A stretch of 64,000 nucleotides of DNA from Myxococcota bacterium (GCA_041687695.1 JAWLBL010000017.1:64001-128000); one strand, 5' to 3'; shown: positions 1 through 15,730, counted from the first letter of the stretch. Notes: generated by a model not told the origin, from the sequence alone. Program-made: numbers and translations.

Positions 1-949
<949 letters not shown>

Positions 950-1149
950 GGAAGGCTTCGTTCCTCTCGGGCCGGGGTGAGCGCGTTCGGACCAGAGGAA
1001 GGACCGCGGCGCCCTGGGTCAACCCGGGTGGGTATGCGTCGGGCCGCGCCCTCGCGAGGGGGACGCGGCCCGTGTGCTTCAGACAGGATAGGATGTCGCC
1101 TCGGCCTGGCCAGGATCCAGTCTGCTCGGTTCCCAGCCCGCCGGAGGGG

Positions 1150-2475
<1,326 letters not shown>

Positions 2476-2666
2476 CGGTCAGCTCCCTATGCACCCGATG
2501 AACTCGGGACGACTCGCATCGACCTCGCGCCCCGGCGCGCGGATGCCCAGCGCGCGGGGGGGCGCTCCCGAGCCCCTGCTCGAGGGGCCCGGTCATGAGC
2601 GAGCCCGAGCGACGGTCACGAGGGACCTCCCGTTCGGCTGCCCAACTCCAGGATTCTCGGACAATC

Positions 2667-2692
2667 AACGTCACCCTGAGGCCCTTTGTTCC
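2667..2692 (-). promoter_or_regulatory. Possible ECF-type promoter upstream of clpX-lon
   Basis: Minus strand GGAAC-N17-CGTT in the 510-bp clpP-clpX gap. Confidence 0.35.
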
Positions 2693-2985
2693 ACCCGCGC
2701 GGGCACGGCTGCGCGGGCTCTCGAGACGTTCGGTGACCATAGCCCATGGGTCACCCGAACACAACGTCCTCACCCGCGCACCGGGCCGCTGAGAGCGGCC
2801 AAGCATGCGGATTCTCTGTGGTTCGAGCGCCCCGTTGGGCGATCCCCGGGAGGCCCGCGCGACGCCGTCGCCGGACCCACCAGGCCGACCCTAAGGACGC
2901 GCCCCGCCGCGACAACCCCCCAGCGAGGAGGGCGTCGCGCGAGGCGCCGTCGTGTCTCGGAGCCAAGGGCACGGTTCGGCTGGGT

Positions 2986-3570
2986 TCAGGACTTGCGGGT
3001 GATGATGCGGTCGATGAGCCCGTACTCGACGGCCTGGTCCGGGCGCAGGAAGAAGTCGCGGTCCGTGTCCTCGTGCAGCTTCTCGACCGTCTGGCCGGTG
3101 CACACGTTGAGGACCTCGAGGATCTGCTTCTTCATGAAGAGGATCTCGCGGGCGGCGATGTCGATGTCCGTCGCCTGGCCGCCCAACCCGCCCAGGGGCT
3201 GGTGCAGCATCAGGCGCGAGTGGGGCAGGGCGAAGCGCTTGCCCTTGGAGCCCGCGGCGAGGAGGACCGCCGCCATGCTCGCGGCCTGCCCGATGCAGAT
3301 GGTCGAGATGTCGCACCCGACGAACTGCATCGTGTCGTAGATGGCGAGGCCGGCCGTGATCGAGCCGCCAGGCGAGTTGATGTAGAGGTGGATCTCCTTC
3401 TCGGGGTCCTCGCTCTCGAGGAAGAGCAGCTGCGCGATCACCACGTTGGCCACGAGATCGTCGATCTCGCTGCCGAGGAAGATGATGCGGTCCTTCAGCA
3501 GGCGCGAGAAGAGACCCCACTCGCGCTCGCCGCGGTGGGTCTGCTCGATGACGGTCGGGATCAGGGTCAT
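2986..3570 (-). CDS. clpP: ClpP proteolytic subunit
   Basis: [25 protein letters not shown] (catalytic Ser), MLHQP, DRD. Confidence 0.98.
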   Translation of the reverse strand: MTLIPTVIEQTHRGEREWGLFSRLLKDRIIFLGSEIDDLVANVVIAQLLFLESEDPEKEIHLYINSPGGSITAGLAIYDTMQFVGCDISTICIGQAASMAAVLLAAGSKGKRFALPHSRLMLHQPLGGLGGQATDIDIAAREILFMKKQILEVLNVCTGQTVEKLHEDTDRDFFLRPDQAVEYGLIDRIITRKS

Positions 3571-3579
3571 GCGTAGTCC

Positions 3580-4947
3580 TTACTCGACGCTTTCGCTGTC
3601 CTCGGGGCCCGACGCGGCGCCGGCGGCCGGGGCGGTCGCGCTCTCGGCGGCCGTCTCAGCGGCGTCGGTCGTGCTCTCTTGCGGTGCGTCCGTGATCTTC
3701 GCATGCCGCTGCAGCAGGTCAAGGACGGTGCGCTCACGGAGCTCGAGGCGAAGGCCCTCGCGCTCCTCGGGCTTCTCGAACTGACGCGCGACCCGCTCGC
3801 CACCGGTCTCGATGCGCTTGACGATCTCGGCGTCGACCTGCGCGTCGGTGACCGTCAGCTCCTCGCTGTCGGCCAGGGCCTCGAGGGCCAGGTAGCGCTT
3901 GACGGCGCGCTCGGCCTGCCCGTGTAGCTGCTGGACGTTCTGCTGCACGAACTGGATGGCCTGCTCGCGCGGCAGCCCTTGCATCGTCAACATGGAGGCC
4001 AGGCGACGGGCGTTCGCCTCCAGCTGCCCCTGGACCATCGCCGACGGCACCTGGAAGGGGTTGCGCTCGAGGAGCACGGAGATCAGCCCGTCCTCGAGCT
4101 TGCGCTCGCGCTCGCCAGCGGCCGTGGTCTCGAGGCGCGACGTGATGTCGGCGCGTAGCGCCTCGACGGAGTCGAAGCCGACGTCCTGGGCGAAGTCGTC
4201 GTCGATCTCGGGCAGCTCCTCGACGACGTGCTGGGTGACCTCGACCTCGAACTCGGCGGCCTTGCCGGCGAGATCGGCGTGGTAGTCGTCGGGGAAGTTC
4301 AGCGAGACGGTGCGGGACTCACCGACCCGCGCGCCCATCAGCTGGTCCTCGAAGCCCGGGATGAGCTGGCCGCTGCCGATCTTGATCTCCATGTCCTGGG
4401 TGTCCAGGCGCGGATCGGCCTCGCCCTCGACCTTGCCCTTGGTGTTGACGACCAGGATGTCGCCCGTGTCCGCGCCGCGGTCCTCGACCGGCACGCGCTC
4501 CTTGTGGCGGCCACGCAGCTGCTCGATCTCGGCGTCGACCTGCGCCGCGTCCACGACCGCGGGAGGGACCGAGACCTCGATGCCGCGCCAGCTGGCGATC
4601 TTCAGGTGCGGCTTGACCTGGATGCGGATGGCGTAGCGGAGCGGCTCGCCCTCGCGCGCGATCCCCGGCTCGATGTTGGGCTCGCCGACCGTCGGTCGAT
4701 CGACCTTGTCGAGCGCCTCGGCGAAGCTGGCGTTGATGAGGTTACGCGTCGCGTCGGACGCGATCTGGCCGCCGTAGAGCTTCTTGACCATCGCCCGCGG
4801 CGCCTTGCCCGGCCGGAAGCCCTTGATGCGAGCCTTGCGGCCGATCTCGCTCAACTGCCGATCGAGCTCGCGGTCGACCTCGCTCGCCGCGATCTCGACC
4901 TCGACCTTCATCTCCACATCGCTCAGCGCCTGGACCGACGTCTGCAT
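3580..4947 (-). CDS. tig: Trigger factor
   Basis: GFRPGKAP ribosome-binding motif, FKBP-like LIPGFEDQL/FPDDYHA; tig-clpP-clpX-lon order. Confidence 0.97.
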   Translation of the reverse strand: MQTSVQALSDVEMKVEVEIAASEVDRELDRQLSEIGRKARIKGFRPGKAPRAMVKKLYGGQIASDATRNLINASFAEALDKVDRPTVGEPNIEPGIAREGEPLRYAIRIQVKPHLKIASWRGIEVSVPPAVVDAAQVDAEIEQLRGRHKERVPVEDRGADTGDILVVNTKGKVEGEADPRLDTQDMEIKIGSGQLIPGFEDQLMGARVGESRTVSLNFPDDYHADLAGKAAEFEVEVTQHVVEELPEIDDDFAQDVGFDSVEALRADITSRLETTAAGERERKLEDGLISVLLERNPFQVPSAMVQGQLEANARRLASMLTMQGLPREQAIQFVQQNVQQLHGQAERAVKRYLALEALADSEELTVTDAQVDAEIVKRIETGGERVARQFEKPEEREGLRLELRERTVLDLLQRHAKITDAPQESTTDAAETAAESATAPAAGAASGPEDSESVE

Positions 4948-4982
4948 GGCGGCCTCGTCCTCGTCGTGCTGCGTTGGGGCCG

Positions 4983-5063
4983 TGCGAGAGGGGGGACTCG
5001 AACCCCCACGGATGAACCACTGGAACCTAAATCCAGCGCGTCTACCAGTTCCGCCACTCTCGC
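4983..5063 (-). tRNA. tRNA-Leu (anticodon UAG)
   Basis: GCGAGAGTGGCGGAACTGGTAGACGCG-CTGGA TT TAG GT TCCAG-variable arm-GGGGGTTCGAGTCCCCC-CTCTCGCA; CCA not encoded. Confidence 0.95.
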
Positions 5064-5153
5064 GCGTGCTGGGGCGACGACCGGCTCAGCCGCGGACCCG
5101 AAGGCGGGGGCTGGGGCCAGGCGCCGTAGGTGAAAAGCTTGGGCCTGAAACAG

Positions 5154-5186
5154 AAAAAGACAGGTCGCCGGAGCGACCTGTCTTTT
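5154..5186. terminator. Intrinsic terminator after tRNA-Lys (bidirectional-looking)
   Basis: AAAAGACAGGTCGC-CGGA-GCGACCTGTCTTTT perfect hairpin with A/T tracts at both ends. Confidence 0.8.
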
Positions 5187-5261
5187 GGTGGGTGCGGAAG
5201 GAATCGAACCTTCAACCTACGGATTAAGAGTCCGGTGCTCTGCCAATTGAGCTACGCACCC
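5186..5261 (-). tRNA. tRNA-Lys (anticodon CUU)
   Basis: GGGTGCGTAGCTCAATTGGCAGAGCA-CCGGA CT CTT AA TCCGT...GGTTCGATTCC...CACCCACCA. Confidence 0.96.
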
Positions 5262-5454
5262 GCAGGGGTCACGGGTTTTCGGTCGCTGCCGACCTTGGGG
5301 GCCGGTTAAGTGCCGGATGCGGACCGTCTTGTCAAGACTCTGTTGTCATCTTCTCGCCGACGGCGTCCGCCGCGAGTTCGCGGGGCCCTCGACGACCAGG
5401 GAGGATCCGCTGCGGCGCTCGCGTGCGAGGCGACGCGAGCGGGTCGCAGAGGTG

Positions 5455-5528
5455 TGCGCCCGGCAGGATTCGAACCTGCGGCCTGCGGATTCGAAGTCCG
5501 ATGCTCTATCCAGCTGAGCTACGGGCGC
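5455..5528 (-). tRNA. tRNA-Arg (anticodon UCG)
   Basis: GCGCCCGTAGCTCAGCTGGATAGAGCA-TCGGA CT TCG AA TCCGC...GGTTCGAATCC...GGGCGCA. Confidence 0.93.
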
Positions 5529-5537
5529 GAAGAGAAC

Positions 5538-5615
5538 TGGGGTGAGTGAGGGGGTTTGAACCCCCGACCTCCGGTGCCACAAACCGGCGCTCTAACCAAC
5601 TGAGCTACACTCACC
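5538..5615 (-). tRNA. tRNA-His (anticodon GUG), with G-1 and encoded CCA
   Basis: GGTGAGTGTAGCTCAGTTGGTTAGAGCG-CCGGT TT GTG GC ACCGG...GGTTCAAACCCC...CACCCCA. Confidence 0.96.
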
Positions 5616-5644
5616 GCAAGGAGACGACTGACTGAAAGAGAGCG

Positions 5645-5718
<74 letters not shown>

Positions 5719-5745
5719 TCAGTGCGTCGGCTTCGGCAGGCGGAA

Positions 5746-5774
5746 TTCATAGTGACGTGCTCAGGGGTTGTCAA
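5746..5774 (-). promoter_or_regulatory. Sigma70-type promoter for the tRNA cluster
   Basis: TTGACA-N17-TATGAA, 27 nt before tRNA-Arg(UCU). Confidence 0.55.
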
Positions 5775-5910
5775 CGCTTTTTGCGGGGCGGCTACCAACA
5801 CGCCGGACAACCGGCGAACCAGGGCCCGAACCCGGGGTGGGGAGGTGGTCGGCGCGCGCGCTCGCCCGGCCGCGCGCTCGAGCGCGGGCGACGCGCGGAC
5901 CCACGGCCGA

Positions 5911-5938
5911 TTGACACGATCGGCACGCTTGTTACGCT
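5911..5938 (+). promoter_or_regulatory. Sigma70-type promoter for the 5948 gene
   Basis: TTGACA-N16-TACGCT with TGn extension. Confidence 0.45.
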
Positions 5939-5947
5939 CTCGCGCGG

Positions 5948-6634
5948 ATGAGTGAACGGCGGCCAGACGCGTCCGATGGGAACGCAACCGATGGCGGCGA
6001 GGGCGACCTCGTCGATCGCACCGAGGGCATCGCCGATCGGGCCCTCGGACTGTTGCCCCAGGACGTCGGGCTGCCCAACGTCCGCGACGAGGCCGGTCGT
6101 GTGGCCGCCTTCTTCGGCTCGATCCACTCGCGCTTTCTGCTCTTCGTCGTGCTGTTCTACCTGGCAGCGGGCATCGCCGGTTCGGTGATCGCCCTCGTGG
6201 GAGCGCCGCCCTTGGGGGCGCTCCACGACTGGTTCATGCACGTCGGCTTCTACGTCGTGATCTTCGCGTTCACGATCCTCTATGTGAAGGCCCACCTGCT
6301 CCGTCGCCGCATCGCTCGCGGCGTGTTCGCGATCGTCACGGTCGTCTTGCAGTTGTTCTTCGCCTGGGTGCTGGTGGACCTGGTCCCGCCCCGGATCGTC
6401 GTCACGCCGATCGTCGTCGAGGGCCGCGAGACCATCGACGCCGTCCGTCGTGGCGCCCTGCCCGAGCTCTGGATCCCGGCGGTCATGCTGGCCGCTAGCG
6501 CCTCCCTCTTGCTGATGCACTGGCTGGTCCTGGCCCGCTACGCCGGGCCGCGCCCTGGTGCTGGTCGGCCTCAGCCTCGGCCGCAGGGGCGCCGGGCCGA
6601 GGGCCTCGACGGTGCGGAGCCCGCGCCGCGATGA
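5948..6634 (+). CDS. Hypothetical integral membrane protein (about 4 TM helices)
   Basis: Several long hydrophobic segments; stop overlaps the next start (ATGA). Confidence 0.75.
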   Translation: MSERRPDASDGNATDGGEGDLVDRTEGIADRALGLLPQDVGLPNVRDEAGRVAAFFGSIHSRFLLFVVLFYLAAGIAGSVIALVGAPPLGALHDWFMHVGFYVVIFAFTILYVKAHLLRRRIARGVFAIVTVVLQLFFAWVLVDLVPPRIVVTPIVVEGRETIDAVRRGALPELWIPAVMLAASASLLLMHWLVLARYAGPRPGAGRPQPRPQGRRAEGLDGAEPAPR

Positions 6635-7329
6635 GTCAGGCCACCCTCGTCGTCGCGATCGAAGACGCGTTGAACGACGCCGGGGCCCGGCTGGCGCGAC
6701 TGGTGGTCACCAACAACCGTGTCCACCTCGTCTCGTGCCGGCGGGTCGACGACGCCCTCGAAGTGCGCATCTCTTCGCGCCTGTTGGTCCTCGGCAGCGC
6801 CGTCGTGGATCCAGTCGTCGGGTTCACCCTGGGCCGCCCCGCGGCCAAGGCGCGGCTGCAGGCGCTGTTCGAGGCCCTGCCTCCCGCGCCCCCACCTCGA
6901 CGGCGTCCGGCTCGCGTCGAGCCACGTGGGCGGTTCCACGATCTCAGGGAGCTCGCGCGCTCCGAGTCGCTTCGACACTTCGGCCGGGACCTCGACGTGA
7001 GGGTGTCCTGGGGGCGACGTAGCCCCGCGCGGCGTCGCCAGCGCAGCATCCGGCTGGGCTCGTACCAGTCGGAGAGCGGGCTCATCCGCGTTCACCCGCT
7101 GCTCGACCACCCCGCGGTCCCGGACTGGTTCGTGGGGTTCGTGCTGTTCCACGAGCTGCTGCACCACGAGCTCGGCATCGACGCGCGCGACGGCGGCGGC
7201 CGGCGCATCATCCACCCTCCCGAGTTCAGGGCCCGCGAGGCGGCGCATCCGCGCTTTCACGAGGCCATGCGGTGGGAGCGCGAGATGCTGCCGTTGCTGC
7301 TCGATGGACGTCTGCAGTCGCGTCGCTGA
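6631..7329 (+). CDS. Zinc metalloprotease-like protein (SprT/YgjP-type)
   Basis: RLGSY...IRVHPLLD...FVLFHELLHH (HExxH)...HPPEF. Confidence 0.75.
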   Translation: MSQATLVVAIEDALNDAGARLARLVVTNNRVHLVSCRRVDDALEVRISSRLLVLGSAVVDPVVGFTLGRPAAKARLQALFEALPPAPPPRRRPARVEPRGRFHDLRELARSESLRHFGRDLDVRVSWGRRSPARRRQRSIRLGSYQSESGLIRVHPLLDHPAVPDWFVGFVLFHELLHHELGIDARDGGGRRIIHPPEFRAREAAHPRFHEAMRWEREMLPLLLDGRLQSRR

Positions 7330-7358
7330 GGTCGCAGGCGCGTCGCTGAGGTCGCAGG
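7314..7358. repeat. 20-bp tandem duplication spanning the stop codon of the 6631-7329 gene
   Basis: GCAGTCGCGTCGCTGAGGTC-GCAGGCGCGTCGCTGAGGTC-GCAGG. Confidence 0.85.
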
Positions 7359-7424
7359 AGCGGCGGGGCTTCGAGCGGCCGCGCCGGCCGGCCGGCCCGT
7401 CGAGGGCGGCGGCCGGGTGATCGG

Positions 7425-9074
7425 CTAAGGACGCGCGACTTCCTGGGCCGCGTCCTTCAAAGCCGTCTCGGCTTCGACGGGGCGCGGCGCGGCGGCCGAG
7501 GAGGGGAGGGCGGCCTTGTCGACGGGCGCTGCGCCGATGAGCCCCGGCGTCGTGCTGTGGACCAGGCTGCGGCCCGCTTCGTGGGCCACCTCGAGGGTGC
7601 TCGAGGGGATGAGGCCCAGGATGACGGTGAGCGCGGCGGCGAGACCGAGGCTCCATCCCAGGGGGCGGCTGGTGACCGTCTCGACGGGCTGCACCTCGGG
7701 CTTCATGAAGGCCACGACGATGATGCGCAGGTAGTAGTAGGCGCTGATGATGCTGTTGATGACGGCCAGGATGACCAGCCACAGGTAGTCGCCCGTCGGC
7801 GACTGAAGGACCTCGCTGAAGATGGTCAGCTTGCCGATGAAGCCCGCCGTGACCGGGATGCCCAGGAGCGACAGGACCGAGATGGTGAGCACGACGGCCA
7901 GGGCCGGGTGGCGGTAGGCCAGGCCGGAGTAGGACGGGTCGGACGCGTCCTCGTTGTCGTTGGCGCCGATGGCGGCGGCGACGCCGAACGCGGCCGCGTT
8001 GGCCAGCGTGTACGCCAGCAGATAGAAGACCAGCCCGGCGCCGAGCGCGTTGAGCGTCAGCGTGCCGTCCGCCACGGCGGGAGCGGCCAGGAGCGCGATG
8101 AGGATGTAGCCGGTGTGGGCGATGGCCGAGTAGGCGAGGACCCGCTTGAGGTTCTTCTGGGCCAGCGCCATCAGGTTGCCGCCGAACATGCTGACCACCG
8201 CCAGGATGGCGACCAGGGTCTCCCAGGAGGCGGCGCCCTCGCGGAACTGATCGTCGCCGAAGCAGGTCAGCAGGACGCGGGCCAGGGCGCCGAAGGCGGC
8301 GGTCTTGACGGCGACCGCCATCAGGCCGCTGACCGAGGCCGGTGCGCCCTCGTAGACGTCCGGGGTCCACATGTGGAAGGGGGCTGCGGCGATCTTGAAG
8401 GCGAAGGCGCCGAGGATGAGCACCATGCCGAGGTGGGCGACGCCTTCGAGCCCGAGCCCCTCCTCGACGTTGCCGAAGGCGAAGACGCGCGCGATGTCGG
8501 GCAGCGTGATGGCGCCGGTGACGCCCCAGACGAAGGCGATGCCGAGCAGGAGCAGGGCGGACGCGAACGAGCCGAGGATGAAGTACTTCATCGCGGCTTC
8601 GATGGCGTAGGGGCTCTGTCGCTTGAAGCCGGCCAGGATGTAGACGGCGATGGACATGACCTCGAGCGCGATGAACAGCGTGAGGAGGTCGTTGGCCGTG
8701 ACCAGGCACATCATGCCGAGGACGCTGAACGAGACCAGGCTGTAGTACTCGGCGTGGTCGGAGCGCTGGGCCGGCAGGTAGTGGATGGCGGTCAGCGTCG
8801 TCAGCAGGCCGCCCACGGCGATGACGGCCATGAGCGCGAGGCCGAAGGCGTCGAAGCGCAGGGCGTTGGAGAGCCACGGCGATTCGAAGGCCACCGGGGT
8901 GCGGTCCCATAGCCACCAGATGGCCACCAGGGCGGCCAGGAAGCCGAAGCCCGTCAAGTAGCCGAGCCAACCCTTGAAGGAGCCGGCCGGTGCGAAGGCG
9001 CCCACGAGCATCGTCAGTAGCCCAACGAAGGTGACGATGAGCAGGGGCGAGATTTGGAGGAGCTCCAGCAACAT
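7425..9074 (-). CDS. nuoN: NADH-quinone oxidoreductase subunit N
   Basis: EAAMKYFILGS, FKIAAAPFHMWTPDVYEGAP, KRVLAYSAIAH; ATG 9074 with GAGG RBS. Confidence 0.96.
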   Translation of the reverse strand: MLLELLQISPLLIVTFVGLLTMLVGAFAPAGSFKGWLGYLTGFGFLAALVAIWWLWDRTPVAFESPWLSNALRFDAFGLALMAVIAVGGLLTTLTAIHYLPAQRSDHAEYYSLVSFSVLGMMCLVTANDLLTLFIALEVMSIAVYILAGFKRQSPYAIEAAMKYFILGSFASALLLLGIAFVWGVTGAITLPDIARVFAFGNVEEGLGLEGVAHLGMVLILGAFAFKIAAAPFHMWTPDVYEGAPASVSGLMAVAVKTAAFGALARVLLTCFGDDQFREGAASWETLVAILAVVSMFGGNLMALAQKNLKRVLAYSAIAHTGYILIALLAAPAVADGTLTLNALGAGLVFYLLAYTLANAAAFGVAAAIGANDNEDASDPSYSGLAYRHPALAVVLTISVLSLLGIPVTAGFIGKLTIFSEVLQSPTGDYLWLVILAVINSIISAYYYLRIIVVAFMKPEVQPVETVTSRPLGWSLGLAAALTVILGLIPSSTLEVAHEAGRSLVHSTTPGLIGAAPVDKAALPSSAAAPRPVEAETALKDAAQEVARP

Positions 9075-9084
9075 CTGGGTTACC

Positions 9085-10746
9085 TCAGCGGGCCTGGGCG
9101 TCGGCGACGGCGCGGCGGGGCGCGACGCGGATGTCGGGGGCGGCGTCGGCCGCCATGTCGCGGCGCTCGAGGCGCTCGCGGTCACGGACCTGCTCGACGA
9201 TGGGCTCGGTGCGATCGATGAGCGCTGCGACCGAGGCGTGCATCTTGCTCAGGAAGAAGTTCGGGAACAGCCCGATGAAGAAGATCAGCAGGATGAGCGG
9301 GGCGAGGACGAGCAGCTCGCGGCCGTTCATGTCCTTGACCTCGAGGTTGGCCTCGTGGGTGACCGGGCCGAAGAAGACCTTGCGGAACATGGTCAGCATG
9401 TAGACGGCGCCCAGCACTACGCCGGTGGTGGCCAGGACGGTCATCAGGACGACGAGCTTGGGCCAGGAGCCGAGGCCCAGCTCGCGGACGACAGGGAGGC
9501 CTTCGGCGAAGGTGCCGCTGAGGATCATGAACTCGCCGATGAACCCGTTGGTGGTCGGCAGGCCGATGGAGCTGAGGGTCACGATGAGGAAGAGCGTCGT
9601 GAAGACGGGGGTGATGGCCGCCAGGCCGCCGTAGTGGGCGATGAGGCGGGTGTGGCGGCGCTCGTAGATGATGCCGACCAGCAGGAAGAGGGCGCCCGTC
9701 GAGATGCCGTGGTTGATCATCTGCAAGATGGCGCCTTCGACGGCGGTCTGGTTGAGCGCCACGATGCCGAGCATGACGAAGCCGAGGTGGCTGACCGACG
9801 AGTAGGCGACCAGCTTCTTGATGTCCTGCTGGGCGAAGGCGACCAGCGCGCCGTAGACGATGCCGACCACGGAGAGGATGAGGATGAGCGGCGAGAACTC
9901 GCCCATGGCCACGGGGAAGAGGGGAAGGGCGAACCGCAGGAAGCCGTAGGTGCCCATCTTCAGGAGGACGCCGGCCAGGATGACGGACCCGGCGGTGGGC
10001 GCCTCGGTGTGGGCGTCGGGCAGCCAGGTGTGGAACGGGAAGAGGGGGACCTTGATGGCGAAGGCCAGGGCGAAGGCGCCGAAGAGCCACATCTGCTCGG
10101 TGGCGGTCAGCTCGATGGCCAGGATGTCGGCGTAGTCGAAGCTGCCGGCCTGCAGGCGCAGGTAGATGACGCCGACCAGCATCAGGAGCGAGCCGACCAC
10201 CGTGTAGATGAAGAACTTCACGGTGGCGTACAGGCGGTTCTTGCCGCCCCAGATCCCGATGAGCAGGTACATCGGGATGAGCATCAGCTCCCAGAACAGG
10301 TAGAAGAGCAGGAGATCCGTCGCGACCAGCGTGCCGATCATCGCGGACTCGAGGATCAGCATGTTGATGCAGAACTCGCGTACCCGCTCGGTGATCGCGG
10401 AGGTCGAGCCGATGAGGATGAGCGGCGTCAGGAACGTGGTCAGCAGGATGATCCACAGGCTGATGCCGTCGACGCCGAGGCGCCAGTCGGCGCCGAGGGC
10501 GCTGATCCACGGGACGGCCTCGACCCATTGAAAGCCCGGCTCGGTGGCGTCGAAGCCCGTGAGCAGGGGCAGGGACAGGAAGAAGACGAGGCCGCTGATG
10601 GCGGCGCTGACGCCGCGGTGGGCCGTCTTCTGGTCGCCCGGGATGAAGGCGAGCAGGAGCGCGCCCAACAGCGGCGTGACGACGAGGATCGTCAGGAGCG
10701 CGATGCCGCCGCCTGGCGTGGCGAGGGTAGGTGCCAGTGCTTCCAT
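9085..10746 (-). CDS. nuoM: NADH-quinone oxidoreductase subunit M
   Basis: LGVDGISL, FWELMLIPMY, KVPLFPFHTWLPDAHTEAPT, KKLVAYSSVSH. Confidence 0.97.
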   Translation of the reverse strand: MEALAPTLATPGGGIALLTILVVTPLLGALLLAFIPGDQKTAHRGVSAAISGLVFFLSLPLLTGFDATEPGFQWVEAVPWISALGADWRLGVDGISLWIILLTTFLTPLILIGSTSAITERVREFCINMLILESAMIGTLVATDLLLFYLFWELMLIPMYLLIGIWGGKNRLYATVKFFIYTVVGSLLMLVGVIYLRLQAGSFDYADILAIELTATEQMWLFGAFALAFAIKVPLFPFHTWLPDAHTEAPTAGSVILAGVLLKMGTYGFLRFALPLFPVAMGEFSPLILILSVVGIVYGALVAFAQQDIKKLVAYSSVSHLGFVMLGIVALNQTAVEGAILQMINHGISTGALFLLVGIIYERRHTRLIAHYGGLAAITPVFTTLFLIVTLSSIGLPTTNGFIGEFMILSGTFAEGLPVVRELGLGSWPKLVVLMTVLATTGVVLGAVYMLTMFRKVFFGPVTHEANLEVKDMNGRELLVLAPLILLIFFIGLFPNFFLSKMHASVAALIDRTEPIVEQVRDRERLERRDMAADAAPDIRVAPRRAVADAQAR

Positions 10747-10755
10747 GTCGAACGC

Positions 10756-12714
<1,959 letters not shown>

Positions 12715-12738
12715 CTTGGGGGCGCTCCGGGGTCCGGG

Positions 12739-13047
12739 CTAGTAGCGCATGGCGTTCATCTCGTCCACGTTGACCGACTTCCGATGACGGAAGACGCCCA
12801 GGACGAGGGCGAGACCGACGGCGGCCTCGGCGGCCGCGACCGCGATGACGAAGAAGGTGACGACGTGGCCCGTCATGTCGCCGCGGTAGCGGGCGAACGC
12901 GATGAACACGAGGTTCACGGCGTTGAGCATGATCTCGACCGACATGAGGACGACCAGCGCGTTGCGACGCGTGAAGACCCCGATCGCGCCGATGACGAAC
13001 AGGATGAGCGCGACGATGAGGTACCAGCTCAGAGGGACGGACGGCAT
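12739..13047 (-). CDS. nuoK: NADH-quinone oxidoreductase subunit K
   Basis: MPSVPLSWYL...RRNALVVLMSVEIMLNAVNL...VAAAEAAVGLA; start inside the longer track ORF. Confidence 0.95.
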   Translation of the reverse strand: MPSVPLSWYLIVALILFVIGAIGVFTRRNALVVLMSVEIMLNAVNLVFIAFARYRGDMTGHVVTFFVIAVAAAEAAVGLALVLGVFRHRKSVNVDEMNAMRY

Positions 13048-13565
13048 CAGAGGGTCCTCTTGGCCAGGACGACGGCGCCGATGACGGCGATGAGGAGCAG
13101 GATGGACGTCAGCTCGAACGGAAAGAGGAACTGACGGAAGAGCATGTCGCCGACACCCTCGACGGTGCCGAAGCTCGCCATGGCAGGCGTGGTGGCGTCG
13201 GCGGCGGGGAGGTTGTCCACGGCCGAAGCGACGAGGGCGACCTTGAGCCCGACCCAGACCATCGCGACGCCGCCGAGGAGCTTGGCGAAGGTCCGGCGCT
13301 CCGTGCCCAGCTCGTCCTCGCGCAGGTTGAGCAGCATGATGACGAACATGAACAGCACCATGATGGCGCCGGCGTAGACCATCACCTGTAGGACCGCCAT
13401 CAGGTGCGCCAGCAGCAGCGCGTAGATGCCGGCCATGAAGAAGAACGACACGACCAGGGCCAGCGCCGCGTAGAGCGGATTGCGACCGGTGGGTGGCAGG
13501 ACCACCATGGCCGCCGTCACGATGGCGCCGCCGGACAGCAGCCAGAAGAAGATCTGCTCGAACAT
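13047..13565 (-). CDS. nuoJ: NADH-quinone oxidoreductase subunit J
   Basis: MFEQIFF...QVMVYAGAIMVLFMFVIMLL...PFELTSILLL. Confidence 0.95.
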   Translation of the reverse strand: MFEQIFFWLLSGGAIVTAAMVVLPPTGRNPLYAALALVVSFFFMAGIYALLLAHLMAVLQVMVYAGAIMVLFMFVIMLLNLREDELGTERRTFAKLLGGVAMVWVGLKVALVASAVDNLPAADATTPAMASFGTVEGVGDMLFRQFLFPFELTSILLLIAVIGAVVLAKRTL

Positions 13566-13678
13566 TCGAATGGTCTCTTGCTGGGGGTGGGGCTCGGGTG
13601 AGCTCCACCGTGTTCGGGTCGGCGTTGGGTCGTGGCTCTGCGAGAGAGCCGAGGTCGGCTGGGGCGTAGGTCGGGTGA

Positions 13679-14970
<1,292 letters not shown>

Positions 14971-14971
<1 letters not shown>

Positions 14972-15471
14972 CAGGCGCCTCCGCCGGACCGGGACGCGGC
15001 CCGCAGCTCGTCGATGAGCCGCTCGAGCTGCTCGGGGGTCATGTCTTCGTGGTAGTCTTCGTTGACCTGCAGGGCCGGCGCCGTCCCGCACGCGGCGAGG
15101 CACTCGACGCCCTCGAGGGTGAAGAGCTTGTCGGGCGTGGTCTCGCCCATCCCGATGCCGAGCTTCTTCTTGGCCACGGCCACGAGCTCGTCCGATCCAC
15201 GCAGATAACACGCCACGTTGTGACAGATCTGCAGGTGGTAGCGCCCCACGGGGCGCTTGCGGAGCATCGTGTAGAACGTGGCCGTCGTCAGGACCTTGGT
15301 CTCTGGAAGATCGAGGCGGCGCGCAACGAGCGCCAACGCTTCGCTCGTCAGGTAACCGAACTCGCGTTGCGCCACGTACAGCACGGGGATGAGGGCGCCC
15401 TGACGGTCGGGGTAACGCTTGACCAGGTCGTCGATGCGTTGCTCGGCCGCGGGGCTGAACGCCAGCGTCAT
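14971..15471 (-). CDS. nuoE: NADH-quinone oxidoreductase subunit E
   Basis: ATFYTM, CHNVAC, ECLAACGTAP (2Fe-2S cysteines). Confidence 0.95.
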
Positions 15472-15530
15472 CGGGATATCCTCAATGATTCCATTCGCTT
15501 TCGGCCCGCTCCGGCCTCCGGAGCGGCCCG

Positions 15531-15559
15531 AACATAGGGGAGATGGTGGGGGGTGTCAA
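15531..15559 (-). promoter_or_regulatory. Sigma70-type promoter for nuoEFJKLMN
   Basis: TTGACA-N17-TATGTT, 60 nt upstream of nuoE. Confidence 0.7.
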
Positions 15560-15730
15560 GACACTTGAACCGGCGCTCACCCGCGTCAGGCCTTGCGCTC
15601 CCGGGCTTTACGGGGCGTCTGGAGGGGTGTCCTCGGGGCCGTTCACGACCGGTGGCCCGGGGTGGGTGGGCAGGGGCGACCGGTAGGCATACCCTGGGGC
15701 CATTGGTGCGGCGCAAGAGGAGGTCGGTCC

